In this document: piece by piece, positions 1 to 10,314 of the stretch | How the letters are laid out: every line of letters starts with the position of its first letter | Position numbering within the stretch: position 1 is the first letter of the stretch | Origin: Candidatus Cloacimonadales bacterium | Lineage (GTDB): Bacteria > Cloacimonadota > Cloacimonadia > Cloacimonadales > JAIOQZ01 | Assembly (NCBI GenBank): GCA_963674825.1 | Contig: OY771587.1 | Coordinates: 3,296,001 to 3,360,000 of the forward strand | Direction of reading: 5' to 3' | Length of the DNA stretch: 64,000 bases | The notes under the pieces: model-generated | Database searches by the model: none | What the model was told of the DNA's origin: nothing | Seen by the model: the letters and a program-made list of their open reading frames with translations, nothing else | Translations under genes and position numbers: made by a program

Positions 1-584
1 AGAGCCCAACGAACGAAGCGAGCGACCTGGATATTCTCTCCAAGCTTGGCGACGGCTTCGGTTACGATGTCGCCGACGGTCTTTTCCGGATCCTTCACGA
101 ATTCTTGCTGAAGCAGGCAATTCTGTTGGATGTACTTCTTGACCTGTCCATCAACGATACGATCGACGATGTTTTCGGGCTTGCCGTCGTTGAGGGCTTT
201 ATTGCGATAGATTTCTCTTTCGTTTTCAACTTTCTTGAGATCGATACCGTTTTCATCAACAGCCATCGGATTGCTTGCTGCGATGTGCATGGCGATATCT
301 TTGCAGAGATCCTGGAAAGCATCGGTGCGGGATACGAAGTCGGTTTCGCAGTTGACTTCGACCAGTACGCCGATTCTGCCATTGGTGTGGATATAGGAAT
401 AAATAAGTCCTTCGCTGGTGGAGCGATCTGCTTTGGCTTCAGCTTTGCTGATGCCTTTTTCACGCAGGTATTTTACCGCTTTTTCCATATCGCCGTCAGA
501 CTTGGACAGGGCTTTCTTGCAGTCCATCATGCCGACGCCGGTTTTCTCGCGTAACTCTTTTACCATTTGTGCTGTAATATTCAT
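1..584 (-). CDS. tsf: Translation elongation factor Ts, short form (3' end just outside window)
   Basis: Not in the ORF track. Manual minus-strand translation from ATG at 584 gives MNITAQMVKELREKTGVGMMDCKKAL...LREKG...KLGENIQVARFVRWAL, which are EF-Ts signatures. Lies directly downstream of rpsB. Confidence 0.97.
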   Translation of the reverse strand, partial: MNITAQMVKELREKTGVGMMDCKKALSKSDGDMEKAVKYLREKGISKAEAKADRSTSEGLIYSYIHTNGRIGVLVEVNCETDFVSRTDAFQDLCKDIAMHIAASNPMAVDENGIDLKKVENEREIYRNKALNDGKPENIVDRIVDGQVKKYIQQNCLLQQEFVKDPEKTVGDIVTEAVAKLGENIQVARFVRWA

Positions 585-633
585 TTGTCCCCCAATTATG
601 AAGAGCTGTACAGTTAATATATGTTTCAAATGA

Positions 634-658
634 AAGGGAGAGACAGCGTCTCTCCCTT
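634..658 (-). terminator. Stem-loop between rpsB and tsf (terminator/attenuator-like)
   Basis: AAGGGAGAGAC-AGC-GTCTCTCCCTT is a perfect 11-bp inverted repeat, followed by TCATTT on the minus strand. Confidence 0.6.
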
Positions 659-667
659 CACAAAGGA

Positions 668-1576
668 TTATTCGCTGGCCTGAACTTCAGGTTTTCTACG
701 TTTCGGTTTTTCGGTCTTTTCGCGAGGTTTCTTTTCCTCTTCATCAGCGTCGTCCGGCTTTTTGCGAAGACGTTTCTTTGGTACATCTTCATCATCGGTC
801 ACAACGACTGCTTCTGTATCTTCTTCTGAATCTTCACTCAGAAGGTCAGCTGCATTTTCGGGCATTTCTGCCGCATCCGCTGCGCCTTCAGCATTCGCCT
901 GACGTCCTTCGATGACGGCCTGGCCCATAATGCCGGCGATCAGGTGGATCGCACGGATGGCGTCGTCATTGGAAGGAATGACATAATCGATAACGTCTGG
1001 ATCACAGTTGGTGTCAACCATACCTACGATCGGGATACCGAGAACGTTCGCTTCGTGAACGGCAATTTCTTCACTCATGGTATCGACAACGAAGATTGCG
1101 CCCGGCAGACGGTCCATGCCACGGATACCGCCGAGAGCCTTCTCGATCTTGTCGTGTTTGCGACGCATTCTGGTCGCTTCCAGCTTGGTGAAGTTCTTTA
1201 TTGTTCCGTTTTCTTCGATTTCTTCAATGTATTCCATTGTTTCAACGCTGTTGCGGATCGTCTTCATGTTCGTGAGCATTCCGCCGTACCAGCGATGATT
1301 TACATAGAAAGCGCCACATTTCTTGGCGGCCTGCTCGATCGCATCGGCGGCCTGTTTCTTTGTTCCCACGAAGAGGACGTAGTCGCCCTTAGCCGAGGTT
1401 TCTTTCAAGAACATGTAGGCTTCGTTGATGGCATCCACGGTCTGCTTGAGATCGAGAATGTGAATACCGTTTCTCTTTATAAAGATGAACTTCTTCATCT
1501 TGGGGTTCCATTTGTGGGTCTGATGACCGAAGTGGACACCCGCTTCCAGCAATTGTTTCATGCTGACTACTGACAT
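668..1576 (-). CDS. rpsB: 30S ribosomal protein S2
   Basis: [33 protein letters not shown] and NDDAIRAI motifs; AAAGGAGA RBS before ATG 1576; charged C-terminal tail. Confidence 0.98.
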   Translation of the reverse strand: MSVVSMKQLLEAGVHFGHQTHKWNPKMKKFIFIKRNGIHILDLKQTVDAINEAYMFLKETSAKGDYVLFVGTKKQAADAIEQAAKKCGAFYVNHRWYGGMLTNMKTIRNSVETMEYIEEIEENGTIKNFTKLEATRMRRKHDKIEKALGGIRGMDRLPGAIFVVDTMSEEIAVHEANVLGIPIVGMVDTNCDPDVIDYVIPSNDDAIRAIHLIAGIMGQAVIEGRQANAEGAADAAEMPENAADLLSEDSEEDTEAVVVTDDEDVPKKRLRKKPDDADEEEKKPREKTEKPKRRKPEVQASE

Positions 1577-1681
1577 TGTTTCTCCTTTGATACGGTTTCT
1601 TCCAAGAAAGGGATTTCCGCAATACAATCCCGGATCAACGGGACACCGCTTTGCAACTCCCTCTCCGATTCTGTTTACAGA

Positions 1682-2068
1682 TTAGCGTTTCGAGAACTGG
1701 AAGCGCTTACGGGCTTTCGGGCGACCCGCCTTCTTGCGTTCCACCATTCGCGGATCACGTGTAAGCAGTCCGTTTTTCTTAAGGACGCCCCGGAGCTCTT
1801 CGTCGTATTTACACAATGCGCGTGAAATACCATGACGAATCGCACCTGCCTGCCCAGACAAGCCACCGCCTGTCACATTGACGCGAAGATCGAATTTGTC
1901 AGACATGCCGACCAGCTTGAACGGCTGTTCCACGATCATTTCCAAAATCTCACGGGCAAGGTAATCCTTCATCGGCTTGTCATTGATAATGCGTTTGCCG
2001 GTGCCGGGGGTTATGCGTACGCGTGCACTTGCATTTTTTCTTCTGCCTGTTGCATCGAAATATTGCAT
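1682..2068 (-). CDS. rpsI: 30S ribosomal protein S9
   Basis: [25 protein letters not shown] and C-terminal FQFSKR; GGAGGA RBS before ATG 2068. Confidence 0.98.
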   Translation of the reverse strand: MQYFDATGRRKNASARVRITPGTGKRIINDKPMKDYLAREILEMIVEQPFKLVGMSDKFDLRVNVTGGGLSGQAGAIRHGISRALCKYDEELRGVLKKNGLLTRDPRMVERKKAGRPKARKRFQFSKR

Positions 2069-2079
2069 CCAATTTCCTC

Positions 2080-2508
2080 CTACAGTTCCCAAACCTTAGG
2101 CTCTTGAGCCACGTGCGGGTGTTCGGGTCCGGTGTAGACTTTCAGTTTCTTGTAGATTTTTCTTCCTAATGCGTTCTTGGGAAGCATTCCCTTGATCGCG
2201 TGCTGTATTACGTGTTCCGGTTTTTCTTCCATAACACGACGAATCGGGGTCTCTTTAAGACCACCCGGGAAACCGCTGTAGCGCTGATACGTTTTATGAA
2301 GCAGCTTGTTACCAGTCAGTTTGACCTTTTCGGCGTTGATAATGATGACATAGTCACCGTTATCCAAGTTATGGGAGAAGAACGGTTTGTGCTTACCACG
2401 CAGGATAGCAGCGACCGTTGAGGACAGTCTTCCCAAAACCTGATCGGTGGCATCGATCACGTACCAGTTGTTCTCCAACTGATTCAGTTTTGGCGTAAGT
2501 GTTCTCAT
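2080..2508 (-). CDS. rplM: 50S ribosomal protein L13
   Basis: [39 protein letters not shown]. Confidence 0.98.
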   Translation of the reverse strand: MRTLTPKLNQLENNWYVIDATDQVLGRLSSTVAAILRGKHKPFFSHNLDNGDYVIIINAEKVKLTGNKLLHKTYQRYSGFPGGLKETPIRRVMEEKPEHVIQHAIKGMLPKNALGRKIYKKLKVYTGPEHPHVAQEPKVWEL

Positions 2509-2623
2509 TTCAACTCCTTTCGATATATTACACGAAAACGTGACAAAATATTGACACGCCCGTTATCGTGTCAAGATAAATACAACGATTTCAATCTATA
2601 AATCCGCATTCGTGTCCGCAGCC

Positions 2624-3127
2624 CTATTCATAAAAGCTCATGCGGAACGTGTAGCTCATCTCTTTTTCCACATCCAGATGCCAGCCTTTGACGATTGCCT
2701 CAACTTCTGATATAAAGCTTTTCGTAAAGCTACTCTCTGCATCAGGCTCGAGTGTTGCAGATTTCACGTCGCCATTTGAAGCGAACACGACCGTGATTCT
2801 CATGCTGCCTTGCATGGGCACAACCTGACGTCTTTGTTTGTAAAGCCGCTGAATCTTCGGTTTGAACGCTTGCACGTAGCGAGGCAGATCTTCTTCTTTA
2901 ATAGTGCCTTTCTTGGTGACGGTTTGCTTTCGTGGTTCCGGTTTGGGTGCCGGACGCTTCTTCGGTGCTGGCGGAACGGGTGGTTTGGGTGGGGCAGGTG
3001 GTGCCAAGGGCGCGACGACGGCAACGGTATCCTTCGCTGCAGACTCTGCCTTCGGCGGTTTCTTGCCACAGCCGGTAACGACTGCGCCGATAGTGATGAT
3101 AGATATTATCCATATCGCAATTCGCAT
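2624..3127 (-). CDS. Proline-rich lipoprotein with TonB-C/AgmX-PglI-like C-terminal domain
   Basis: Hydrophobic leader ending in lipobox VTGC; PAPPKPPVPPAP linker; C-terminal G.M.ITVVFASNGDVKSA...VKGW pattern typical of TonB-C-like folds; GGAGG RBS before ATG 3127. Confidence 0.6.
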   Translation of the reverse strand: MRIAIWIISIITIGAVVTGCGKKPPKAESAAKDTVAVVAPLAPPAPPKPPVPPAPKKRPAPKPEPRKQTVTKKGTIKEEDLPRYVQAFKPKIQRLYKQRRQVVPMQGSMRITVVFASNGDVKSATLEPDAESSFTKSFISEVEAIVKGWHLDVEKEMSYTFRMSFYE

Positions 3128-3208
3128 GAATCCTCCATGTAATTCGAATAAGATTGTCATGATACATAATGGATAGATTGGGTCAATCAAAAAGGTAACG
3201 GAAAATAC

Positions 3209-3928
3209 TTATAGTTCGAACTCGATTCGAAGGGTGCTGCCGTTTGCATGGACATTGCTGCTGAAATGGTGGATTATATCGATACCGTGCTGTCGGGCTT
3301 CATGGGAAGGCTCTGTTCTGCGGTAGATGTTTTGGAGGTCGCAATCTTTGCCTTCATCGCTCACTTCCACAAAGAGCTTGTTTGAATTCCCGTCCACAAT
3401 CAGCGAAAGCTCGACATTCTTGCTGCAATCAGATTTATTGCCGTGTAAAATGGCATTTGCGATAACTTCACGCAGAACGAGCGAGATTCGCATCAGGATG
3501 ACTTCGCTGGATACTTTGTGCAGTTGGCGTAAGAAACCGAGGGCGCAATTGAGGAGGTTCTCCGTTTCAGAAAACACACCTGAAATTCGACAATGCAAGG
3601 AGCTATGAGAGTTTGTGCTCAGGTCGAGAACATTGCGGACCATTTTACTCAGGTAAATTTCGTTAGGGTTACCGGAGTAGATGAAGTGCAGATTCTTCTC
3701 CAGGCTACGTCGGTTAGAGAAGAGCTCGCGCAATTCATGGATTTCCGCGAGAATAAGCCTTGTGTTCACAGATGAATCGGGAGCGTCTTCGAGCATGGAT
3801 GGTACGTCGTCAAACAAAATAACGTGGTAATCACCAAATGCGGATGTACGTCCGCGAATCGGATAATCTGCATCACCGACGATGCGATTGAAGTACGATC
3901 TTGTAACGTTCAGCAGTATCTCACCCAT
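3209..3928 (-). CDS. RsbW-like anti-sigma/ATP-binding protein (HATPase_c_2 C-terminal domain)
   Basis: LREVIANAILHGN (N box), VEVSDEG (D box), terminal GSTLRIEF; G boxes degenerate. Confidence 0.65.
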   Translation of the reverse strand: MGEILLNVTRSYFNRIVGDADYPIRGRTSAFGDYHVILFDDVPSMLEDAPDSSVNTRLILAEIHELRELFSNRRSLEKNLHFIYSGNPNEIYLSKMVRNVLDLSTNSHSSLHCRISGVFSETENLLNCALGFLRQLHKVSSEVILMRISLVLREVIANAILHGNKSDCSKNVELSLIVDGNSNKLFVEVSDEGKDCDLQNIYRRTEPSHEARQHGIDIIHHFSSNVHANGSTLRIEFEL

Positions 3929-4090
3929 AATCTTTCCTGTTCGAATCCTCTACTATAGAAGATACCCCATTGGAAGCGGCCCCAAAATAAAAAAACGAAC
4001 TTTAATAACACGATTGGAAGAGGCTGAGGAAATGACTTGACATCAATGATTGACCGAACAGAATAATTGTATCACGAGAAGAGCAGGGAG

Positions 4091-5521
4091 ATGATGAGCC
4101 GTCTGATTGTTATATTTGTAATCTTTTTCGTACTTTCTGTCACATGCACTGTCGCCCAGGATACCATCGAAGATCTGATGGACAGGGAACGTATGCGCAC
4201 AAGCAATGATCGTATTAACCAGGTTCTTGACCTATCCGATGTCTATATTCAGACAGATCCGGCAAAGGCTTCGATGCTTGCCGAACAAGCGCTGACGCTA
4301 TCGAAGAAAATGTCGATTCAGGAAGGCGAGGTTGGCGCTCGAGCCAATATCGGGCTTTCATACTATTTCAAAGGCGATAATCAGATCGCGGTTGATAATA
4401 TCCTTCAAGCGCTGACCATTGCGAAGGAACTCAAGCTTTATCGGCAGGAATCGCTCCTTATGAAGTACCTCTCCGTTATCTATGAGAAGATGGGAGAGAA
4501 GGATAAAGCGCTCGAAATGCGGATTCAGAGCGTTGCTGCCGAAGAAAGCGCGATCAAACAGGAAGCCATGCGCAAGGCGAGTAAGTTCGATACGGTCGCT
4601 ATCGCCAAGGCAATCGACGACACGTTACTATCGAAAGTCAGCCAGAAGAAGATGGATGTCCTCAAGGATAAATACGAGTATGAGATCCATAAGATAGAGA
4701 CAAAGACGGACCTACTCGAGAAGCAGGCTGAGAAAAAGAGACGCGAGATCGATTCGATTATGGTGGAGAAGCAGGAAAAGGAAAACAAGATCAATTACCT
4801 GGTTCAGGAATCGCAACTGAAGGAACTCGAGCTTTCGCGGCAGCGGACGATGATGTTCACGTTCATCGTTGTAATCGGGTTGATCATGATCCTGTTTTTC
4901 GTGCTGCTCAGTCTTTACCGTTTCAAAAACCGCGCTCTACGAGAACTGAAGTATGCCAACATGGAGATCAGCCTTAAGAATGAAGAGCTGCTCAAGGCTT
5001 ATGAGAAGCTGGAACAACTGGCTCGTACCGATCCATTGACCGGCCTCTCGAATCGTCGTGATATGCTTGAGAAAATCGAGTACGAGAAGCGCAGATGCGA
5101 TCGCTCGGGCAATCCCTTCGTGTTATCGATCGGAGATATCGATCACTTCAAGACAATCAATGACACATACGGCCATGATGCGGGTGACTATGTGCTTACC
5201 GAGATCTCCAAGCTGATGACCACCATGCTGCGTAAACAGGACATCGTGGGTCGTTGGGGTGGCGAAGAATTCCTTTTATTCTTCCCGGATACACCGCTTG
5301 AAGGTGGGCATATCGTTACGGAAAAAGTCCGGGGAGCGATCAATGAGCACACGTTCGAATTCAATGGACAGATCATACAGGTCTCTATGACACTTGGTGT
5401 TTGCCAGTACGATAAAGGAATGACGATCGATGGTTGCCTCAAGAAAGCCGACCAGGCACTGTATCATGGCAAGGAACATGGCCGTAATCAGGTCGTTCTT
5501 TGCGCACAGGAGACAGTTTAG
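4091..5521 (+). CDS. Membrane diguanylate cyclase with extracytoplasmic TPR-like sensor
   Basis: Signal peptide, TPR-like helices, coiled coil, one TM helix, TDPLTGLSNRR, DIDHFKTINDTYGHDAGD, RKQD I-site, GGEEF active site. Confidence 0.92.
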   Translation: MMSRLIVIFVIFFVLSVTCTVAQDTIEDLMDRERMRTSNDRINQVLDLSDVYIQTDPAKASMLAEQALTLSKKMSIQEGEVGARANIGLSYYFKGDNQIAVDNILQALTIAKELKLYRQESLLMKYLSVIYEKMGEKDKALEMRIQSVAAEESAIKQEAMRKASKFDTVAIAKAIDDTLLSKVSQKKMDVLKDKYEYEIHKIETKTDLLEKQAEKKRREIDSIMVEKQEKENKINYLVQESQLKELELSRQRTMMFTFIVVIGLIMILFFVLLSLYRFKNRALRELKYANMEISLKNEELLKAYEKLEQLARTDPLTGLSNRRDMLEKIEYEKRRCDRSGNPFVLSIGDIDHFKTINDTYGHDAGDYVLTEISKLMTTMLRKQDIVGRWGGEEFLLFFPDTPLEGGHIVTEKVRGAINEHTFEFNGQIIQVSMTLGVCQYDKGMTIDGCLKKADQALYHGKEHGRNQVVLCAQETV

Positions 5522-5725
5522 ATTACCCTGAAGCGTATCTAAAGCAATTTCACGTACCGAATATAGAACCCGAAATAGTAGATTCGTACCTCACAATTCC
5601 CCTGTTCACGATTGTTGGAGAATTGAGAGAACGCATCCTGTCTATCGTGAATTTCTCATTGACAAAATGTTCGGTCGAGAAGGTCATGTTTAATTGTTGC
5701 TATAAAGCTGAAAGGAAGGAACCAG

Positions 5726-6745
5726 ATGCCGAAGATTATGCTTGTAACCGGAGGTGCGGGATTTATCGGGTCAAACTACATTCGCTATCTGCTCAATAAC
5801 CGTGCCGATCTTAAGATCATCAACTTCGACAAGCTGACCGCAGCAGGAAATCTTTCCAATCTTTCCAGCCTGGCCAATCACCCAAATTATTATTTTGTGC
5901 GCGGTGACATCACCGATCATCGCGATGTGGAAGACGTGTTCGATCGCTTCAATCCTGACATCGTGATGCATTTCGCGGCTGAGATGTACACCGATCGATA
6001 CATTGCAAATCCCGATTCCTTCGTTCATACGAACATCGTAGGAACCCACAACGTCATTTTGCAGATCCTGGCGCATTCACCACAGAAGTGCATCTACTTC
6101 TCTACGGAAGAGGTCTATGGCGCATCATCCGGACAGCATCGGTACGGTGAAGATTCCGCGCTGTCGCCCATCAATGCCTATTCCGCCAGCAAGGCATCTG
6201 CTGAGATGCTCTGGCACGCTGTGATCGAAGACGACAACCTGCCGGTGAACATCGTGCGCTGCACCAGTGCGTACGGACCATTTCAGTTTCCGGATAAGCT
6301 CATCGCGGCGATTATCTGCGGCGTTCTGAAAGAACAGGAAATCCGGTTGGTCGCTAACGCGATGACCACGCGCGATTTCATCCACATCTTCGATGTCTGT
6401 TCCGCGCTTGATATGGTGCTGGAACGCGGCGAAGATGGCGAGACTTACAACATCGGCACCGAATCGGAGATCGAAATCGCGGTGCTAATCCGCAAGCTAC
6501 TGACAATGCTCGATGAACCGGAGCATACGGTAAGCTATATCCGTAAAAAAACTCCGCTTCCGCAGCGTTTTGCAATCGATACGACAAGAATTCGCAGATC
6601 GCTGGGCTGGAAGCCTCGTATATTGCTGGAGGATGGACTCCTGCAAACCATCGAATGGTATCGAAATCACACTGAATGGATTCAAGAGCTTGAATCCGGA
6701 AGATACATGGAGTATTATGACCTTTATTACAATCAAGAAACCTGA
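5726..6745 (+). CDS. dTDP-glucose 4,6-dehydratase-like extended SDR (divergent RfbB/RmlB homolog)
   Basis: VTGGAGFIGSN, HFAAE, YSASKAS, YGPFQFPDKLI and LGWKP; STEE replaces the usual STDE. Confidence 0.8.
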   Translation: MPKIMLVTGGAGFIGSNYIRYLLNNRADLKIINFDKLTAAGNLSNLSSLANHPNYYFVRGDITDHRDVEDVFDRFNPDIVMHFAAEMYTDRYIANPDSFVHTNIVGTHNVILQILAHSPQKCIYFSTEEVYGASSGQHRYGEDSALSPINAYSASKASAEMLWHAVIEDDNLPVNIVRCTSAYGPFQFPDKLIAAIICGVLKEQEIRLVANAMTTRDFIHIFDVCSALDMVLERGEDGETYNIGTESEIEIAVLIRKLLTMLDEPEHTVSYIRKKTPLPQRFAIDTTRIRRSLGWKPRILLEDGLLQTIEWYRNHTEWIQELESGRYMEYYDLYYNQET

Positions 6746-8255
6746 TCGAAAGACAATCCTTCAATATCTTGTCGCAATCTCGTTAATTCTGCTCGTTACA
6801 GCCTGTTCCACTGTGAAAACCTACTATCGATCGATGACTGAAGAGGATCAATCCGAGGCTGAGTTGGTCGACGAAGAACAACCAATCGAAGAAGAATCTA
6901 CCGATAGCGTGGCGGTCGTGGATGAAAACGCCATCCTGATCCAGCAATTGCAACGCATGGTTGACAGCCTTCAGTTTCAGGTGGATTCATTGAGCCTGGA
7001 ACTTGAGACCTCAAACAGCCGCGTCGCTGTCTGCACGGATTTCATGATTCCGGATTCCATCGTGTTTGCCGGTACAACGTTTAACCTCCACAACGAGCGC
7101 ATTTACGCCAAATTCGAAGAAATTTATCAGAATGAGCTGAAGTCGGCGCACCGGTTTATCCCACGCAGCGGTAAGTATTTCCCGGTGTTCGATTCCATCT
7201 TCACCGAGCAGGAAGTTCCGCTGGATGCGAAATATCTGGCGATCGCGGAAAGTGGCTTGAACACGGTTGCGCAATCATGGGTTGGCGCGATGGGGCCATG
7301 GCAGTTCATGAAAACCACCGCGAAGGGTTATGATCTCAAGATCGACAACTTCGTCGATGAGCGGCGAAACGTTTTCAAATCCACCGTCGCTGCCGCAAAG
7401 TACCTCAAGAACGCGAAGAGAATGCTCAGTGAACAGGGCGCGGATGACTGGCTTCTGGCCATGGCCGCTTACAACGCGGGGCCTGGTGCGATTATCCGTG
7501 AGGTCAAGAATCAGGGCGGGAAGGACTTCTTCAGCCTGATCATGCGTGTCGATGAGACGAATCGCTATGTGTGGCGCGCAGTGGCGATCAAGATGATTTT
7601 CGAGAATGAAGAGGCGATTTTCGGTAAGAAATTCGAGCGCGAGACATCATTGCTGGACGAAACCCGCAGCGTAAAGCTCAACCTGAAGGGACATTACAAG
7701 ATTGACGACTGGGCAAAAGCGCAGGGTACGACGGTCAGCAAGGTGTGGGAATACAACCCATGGATCGAGATCTATCAGACCAAGCGGACAAAGTACACGC
7801 CAATCAACGAAGTGGTGCTGCCTCCGGGTGAGTTCGATATTCTTCTTCCCAAGGAAAGCGTTCCGGACACGGGCGAGATTGCGAAAATCGAGAAGAAATT
7901 CCTGGAAAAAAATAGTGGTTACTTCAAGTATCACACGGTACAGGCAGGTGACAACCTTTACAACATCGCGAGGAAATACAAGACGACGGTCGCGAATATC
8001 AAAGCGATCAACAATCTGAAGAACGACACGATCCATCCAGGACAGAAGCTCAAGCTCCACGGGACTCCCGGAAGCGGTGGAAGCTCCTCTTCAGGCGGTG
8101 TTTACGTGGTGAATAAGGGTGATTCAATCAGCTCGATCGCCAAGCACCTCAAAGTGACTTCGAGCCATCTGATTGCGAAGAACAACCTCAAGGTGAAAGA
8201 TAACGGCGGCTCGAAAGTAGTGATCATCTATCCAGGGCAGAAGCTGAAATACTGA
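6717..8255 (+). CDS. MltD-like lytic transglycosylase lipoprotein with two LysM domains
   Basis: Lipobox VTAC; AIAESG, GPWQFM and AAYNAG SLT motifs; two C-terminal LysM repeats; GGAG before ATG 6717. Confidence 0.9.
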   Translation: MTFITIKKPDRKTILQYLVAISLILLVTACSTVKTYYRSMTEEDQSEAELVDEEQPIEEESTDSVAVVDENAILIQQLQRMVDSLQFQVDSLSLELETSNSRVAVCTDFMIPDSIVFAGTTFNLHNERIYAKFEEIYQNELKSAHRFIPRSGKYFPVFDSIFTEQEVPLDAKYLAIAESGLNTVAQSWVGAMGPWQFMKTTAKGYDLKIDNFVDERRNVFKSTVAAAKYLKNAKRMLSEQGADDWLLAMAAYNAGPGAIIREVKNQGGKDFFSLIMRVDETNRYVWRAVAIKMIFENEEAIFGKKFERETSLLDETRSVKLNLKGHYKIDDWAKAQGTTVSKVWEYNPWIEIYQTKRTKYTPINEVVLPPGEFDILLPKESVPDTGEIAKIEKKFLEKNSGYFKYHTVQAGDNLYNIARKYKTTVANIKAINNLKNDTIHPGQKLKLHGTPGSGGSSSSGGVYVVNKGDSISSIAKHLKVTSSHLIAKNNLKVKDNGGSKVVIIYPGQKLKY

Positions 8256-8698
8256 TGATAGAAATTCGTAGTATGACCGAAGCCGACTTGGAACAGGTTA
8301 TGCAAATAGAAAAGGAGTTGTTCAGTAATCCGTGGTCGGTGCAATCGATGCGCGGAGATATTCAGAGCAACACCAGTTGGGTAATGACGGAGGGCGATAT
8401 CGTCCTCGGTTATGTATGTGCGTACAAGGTTCTGGACGAGTGCCAGATCGCCAACGTCGCGATCCGCAAAGATGCCCAGCGCAGAGGGCTTGCAAGCAAG
8501 TTCCTTACATGGCTTATCGAACGCGAACATGCTTTGGGAAGCCGCTACTTCTTTCTCGAAGTGAGGTGTAGCAATATCGCCGCGAGAGGGTTGTACGAAA
8601 AGCTCGGCTTTGTCGAAGTGGGCGTTCGCAAAGGGTACTATGTGCGTCCGAATGAGGACGCGATTGTAATGATGCTGAACACGATTGAAGATGTTTAG
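8255..8698 (+). CDS. rimI: Ribosomal-protein-alanine N-acetyltransferase (GNAT)
   Basis: NVAI..QRRGLA, LEVRCSN.AA.GLYEKLGF.EVG.RKGYY...EDAIVM. Confidence 0.88.
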   Translation: MIEIRSMTEADLEQVMQIEKELFSNPWSVQSMRGDIQSNTSWVMTEGDIVLGYVCAYKVLDECQIANVAIRKDAQRRGLASKFLTWLIEREHALGSRYFFLEVRCSNIAARGLYEKLGFVEVGVRKGYYVRPNEDAIVMMLNTIEDV

Positions 8699-8715
8699 CA
8701 TGAAAGGAAATTTCT

Positions 8716-10314
8716 ATGAAATGTTTTGATTTTCTTGTAATTGGCAGTGGTATTTCCGGCTTGGTTTACGCCGAGGAAGTGGCAAAATTCGGAAAAGTTG
8801 CGCTGCTGACTAAGAAGACGCTCGCCGATGGCGCAACTGACTTTGCTCAGGGCGGCATTGCGGCAGTTGTCAGTGAACTGGATACGTTCGACGAGCATAT
8901 CGTCGATACTTATAAAGCTGGGTCCGAGTTGGGAAAGCTTCCCATTATTCGGACAATCGTTGAAGAAGGCCCCACGGCGATCGACTACCTCATGAAGATC
9001 GGCACGAGTTTCACCATGGTCGATGATCATATAAAACGCTCGGTGGAGAATCTTGACCTGACTCGTGAAGGCGGTCATTCGCAGAAACGCGTGGTTCACT
9101 ATGCCGATTCAACCGGTCACGAGATCATGCGGGCTTTGATCAGGACGGTCAAGGCAAATCCCAATATCACCATCTTCGAAAACTATACAGCGATCGATCT
9201 TATCACGCAGCATCATGTTTTAAATGAAAAAGGATTTATCCCGGGTGTCTCCTGTTGGGGTGCTTACGCACTCGATGAGAAGACGGGTCACATTGAAGCA
9301 TTCCGCGCTCGGAAGACAATGCTGGCGACCGGGGGCGGAGCACAGGTTTACGCGCATACAACCAATCCGGAAGTCTGCACCGGCGACGGTTTCGCGATGG
9401 CGAAGCTGGCGGGTGCGAGGCTGGTCAACATGGAGTTCATCCAATTCCATCCAACCGTATTCTATTCGTTGATCGGGCAACCGTTCCTGGTGACAGAAGC
9501 GCTGCGTGGGGAAGGGGCTGTCCTGAAACTGAACGATGGCAGTACCTTCATGCAAAATTACCATGAAATGGGCAGTCTTGCTCCGCGTGATGTGGTATCA
9601 AGAGCGATGGACTTCGAACTCAAAAAGAGCGGCGCAAAGCATCTCTACCTTGACGCGACCGGCCTGCCTGAAGAGAAGATCCACAACCATTTCCCGAATA
9701 TCTATCGCAAATGCCTGGAGCAGAATGTAGATATTACAAAGCAACCCATTCCTGTTGCGCCGGCTGCGCATTACTTCTGCGGTGGTGTTCTGACCACGCA
9801 GGATGGCCTGACAGATGTGAAGAACCTCTTTGCCGCCGGCGAAGTGGCTTGTATCGGACTGCACGGTGCGAATCGTCTTGCCTCAAATTCGCTTCTGGAA
9901 GGGCTGGTCACAGCGCTCAGAGCGAGCCGGCATTCATCCAATCACGAAGAGGTCGATTTCCCGGAAATCCCCGAATGGCAGGATGTCGGTACGTACAACG
10001 AAAACGAATGGGTTGTTATCTCGCACAATCGCCAAAGCATCAAGAACATCATGCAGGGCTACGTGGGGATAACGCGCTCCAAACGGCTCCTCAAGTACGC
10101 GCGCCACAGGATGTTCAATATTTATACCGAGATTAACAACTTCTACAATCACAACAGCGTACGGCGAGAGGTGATCGAAACGCGTAACATGGCGATTGTC
10201 GCCAGCGCGATCATCCAGTCAGCGCTTGCTCGTAAAGAGAGTCGGGGCTTGCACTGCAACGTTGATTACCCTAACCGTGACGATGCGAACTACAAGAAGG
10301 ATACGATCATCTGA
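8716..10314 (+). CDS. nadB: L-aspartate oxidase
   Basis: GSGISG, AQGGIAA, REGGHS, QFHPT, EALRGEG, LAPRDVVSR, HYFCGG, GLHGANRLASNSLLE, ESRGLH. Confidence 0.95.
   Translation: MKCFDFLVIGSGISGLVYAEEVAKFGKVALLTKKTLADGATDFAQGGIAAVVSELDTFDEHIVDTYKAGSELGKLPIIRTIVEEGPTAIDYLMKIGTSFTMVDDHIKRSVENLDLTREGGHSQKRVVHYADSTGHEIMRALIRTVKANPNITIFENYTAIDLITQHHVLNEKGFIPGVSCWGAYALDEKTGHIEAFRARKTMLATGGGAQVYAHTTNPEVCTGDGFAMAKLAGARLVNMEFIQFHPTVFYSLIGQPFLVTEALRGEGAVLKLNDGSTFMQNYHEMGSLAPRDVVSRAMDFELKKSGAKHLYLDATGLPEEKIHNHFPNIYRKCLEQNVDITKQPIPVAPAAHYFCGGVLTTQDGLTDVKNLFAAGEVACIGLHGANRLASNSLLEGLVTALRASRHSSNHEEVDFPEIPEWQDVGTYNENEWVVISHNRQSIKNIMQGYVGITRSKRLLKYARHRMFNIYTEINNFYNHNSVRREVIETRNMAIVASAIIQSALARKESRGLHCNVDYPNRDDANYKKDTII

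Noticed and set aside
95..633. ORF-track ORFs 95-463, 105-554 and 418-633
   Set aside because: Shadow frames of tsf, which the track missed because it runs off the window
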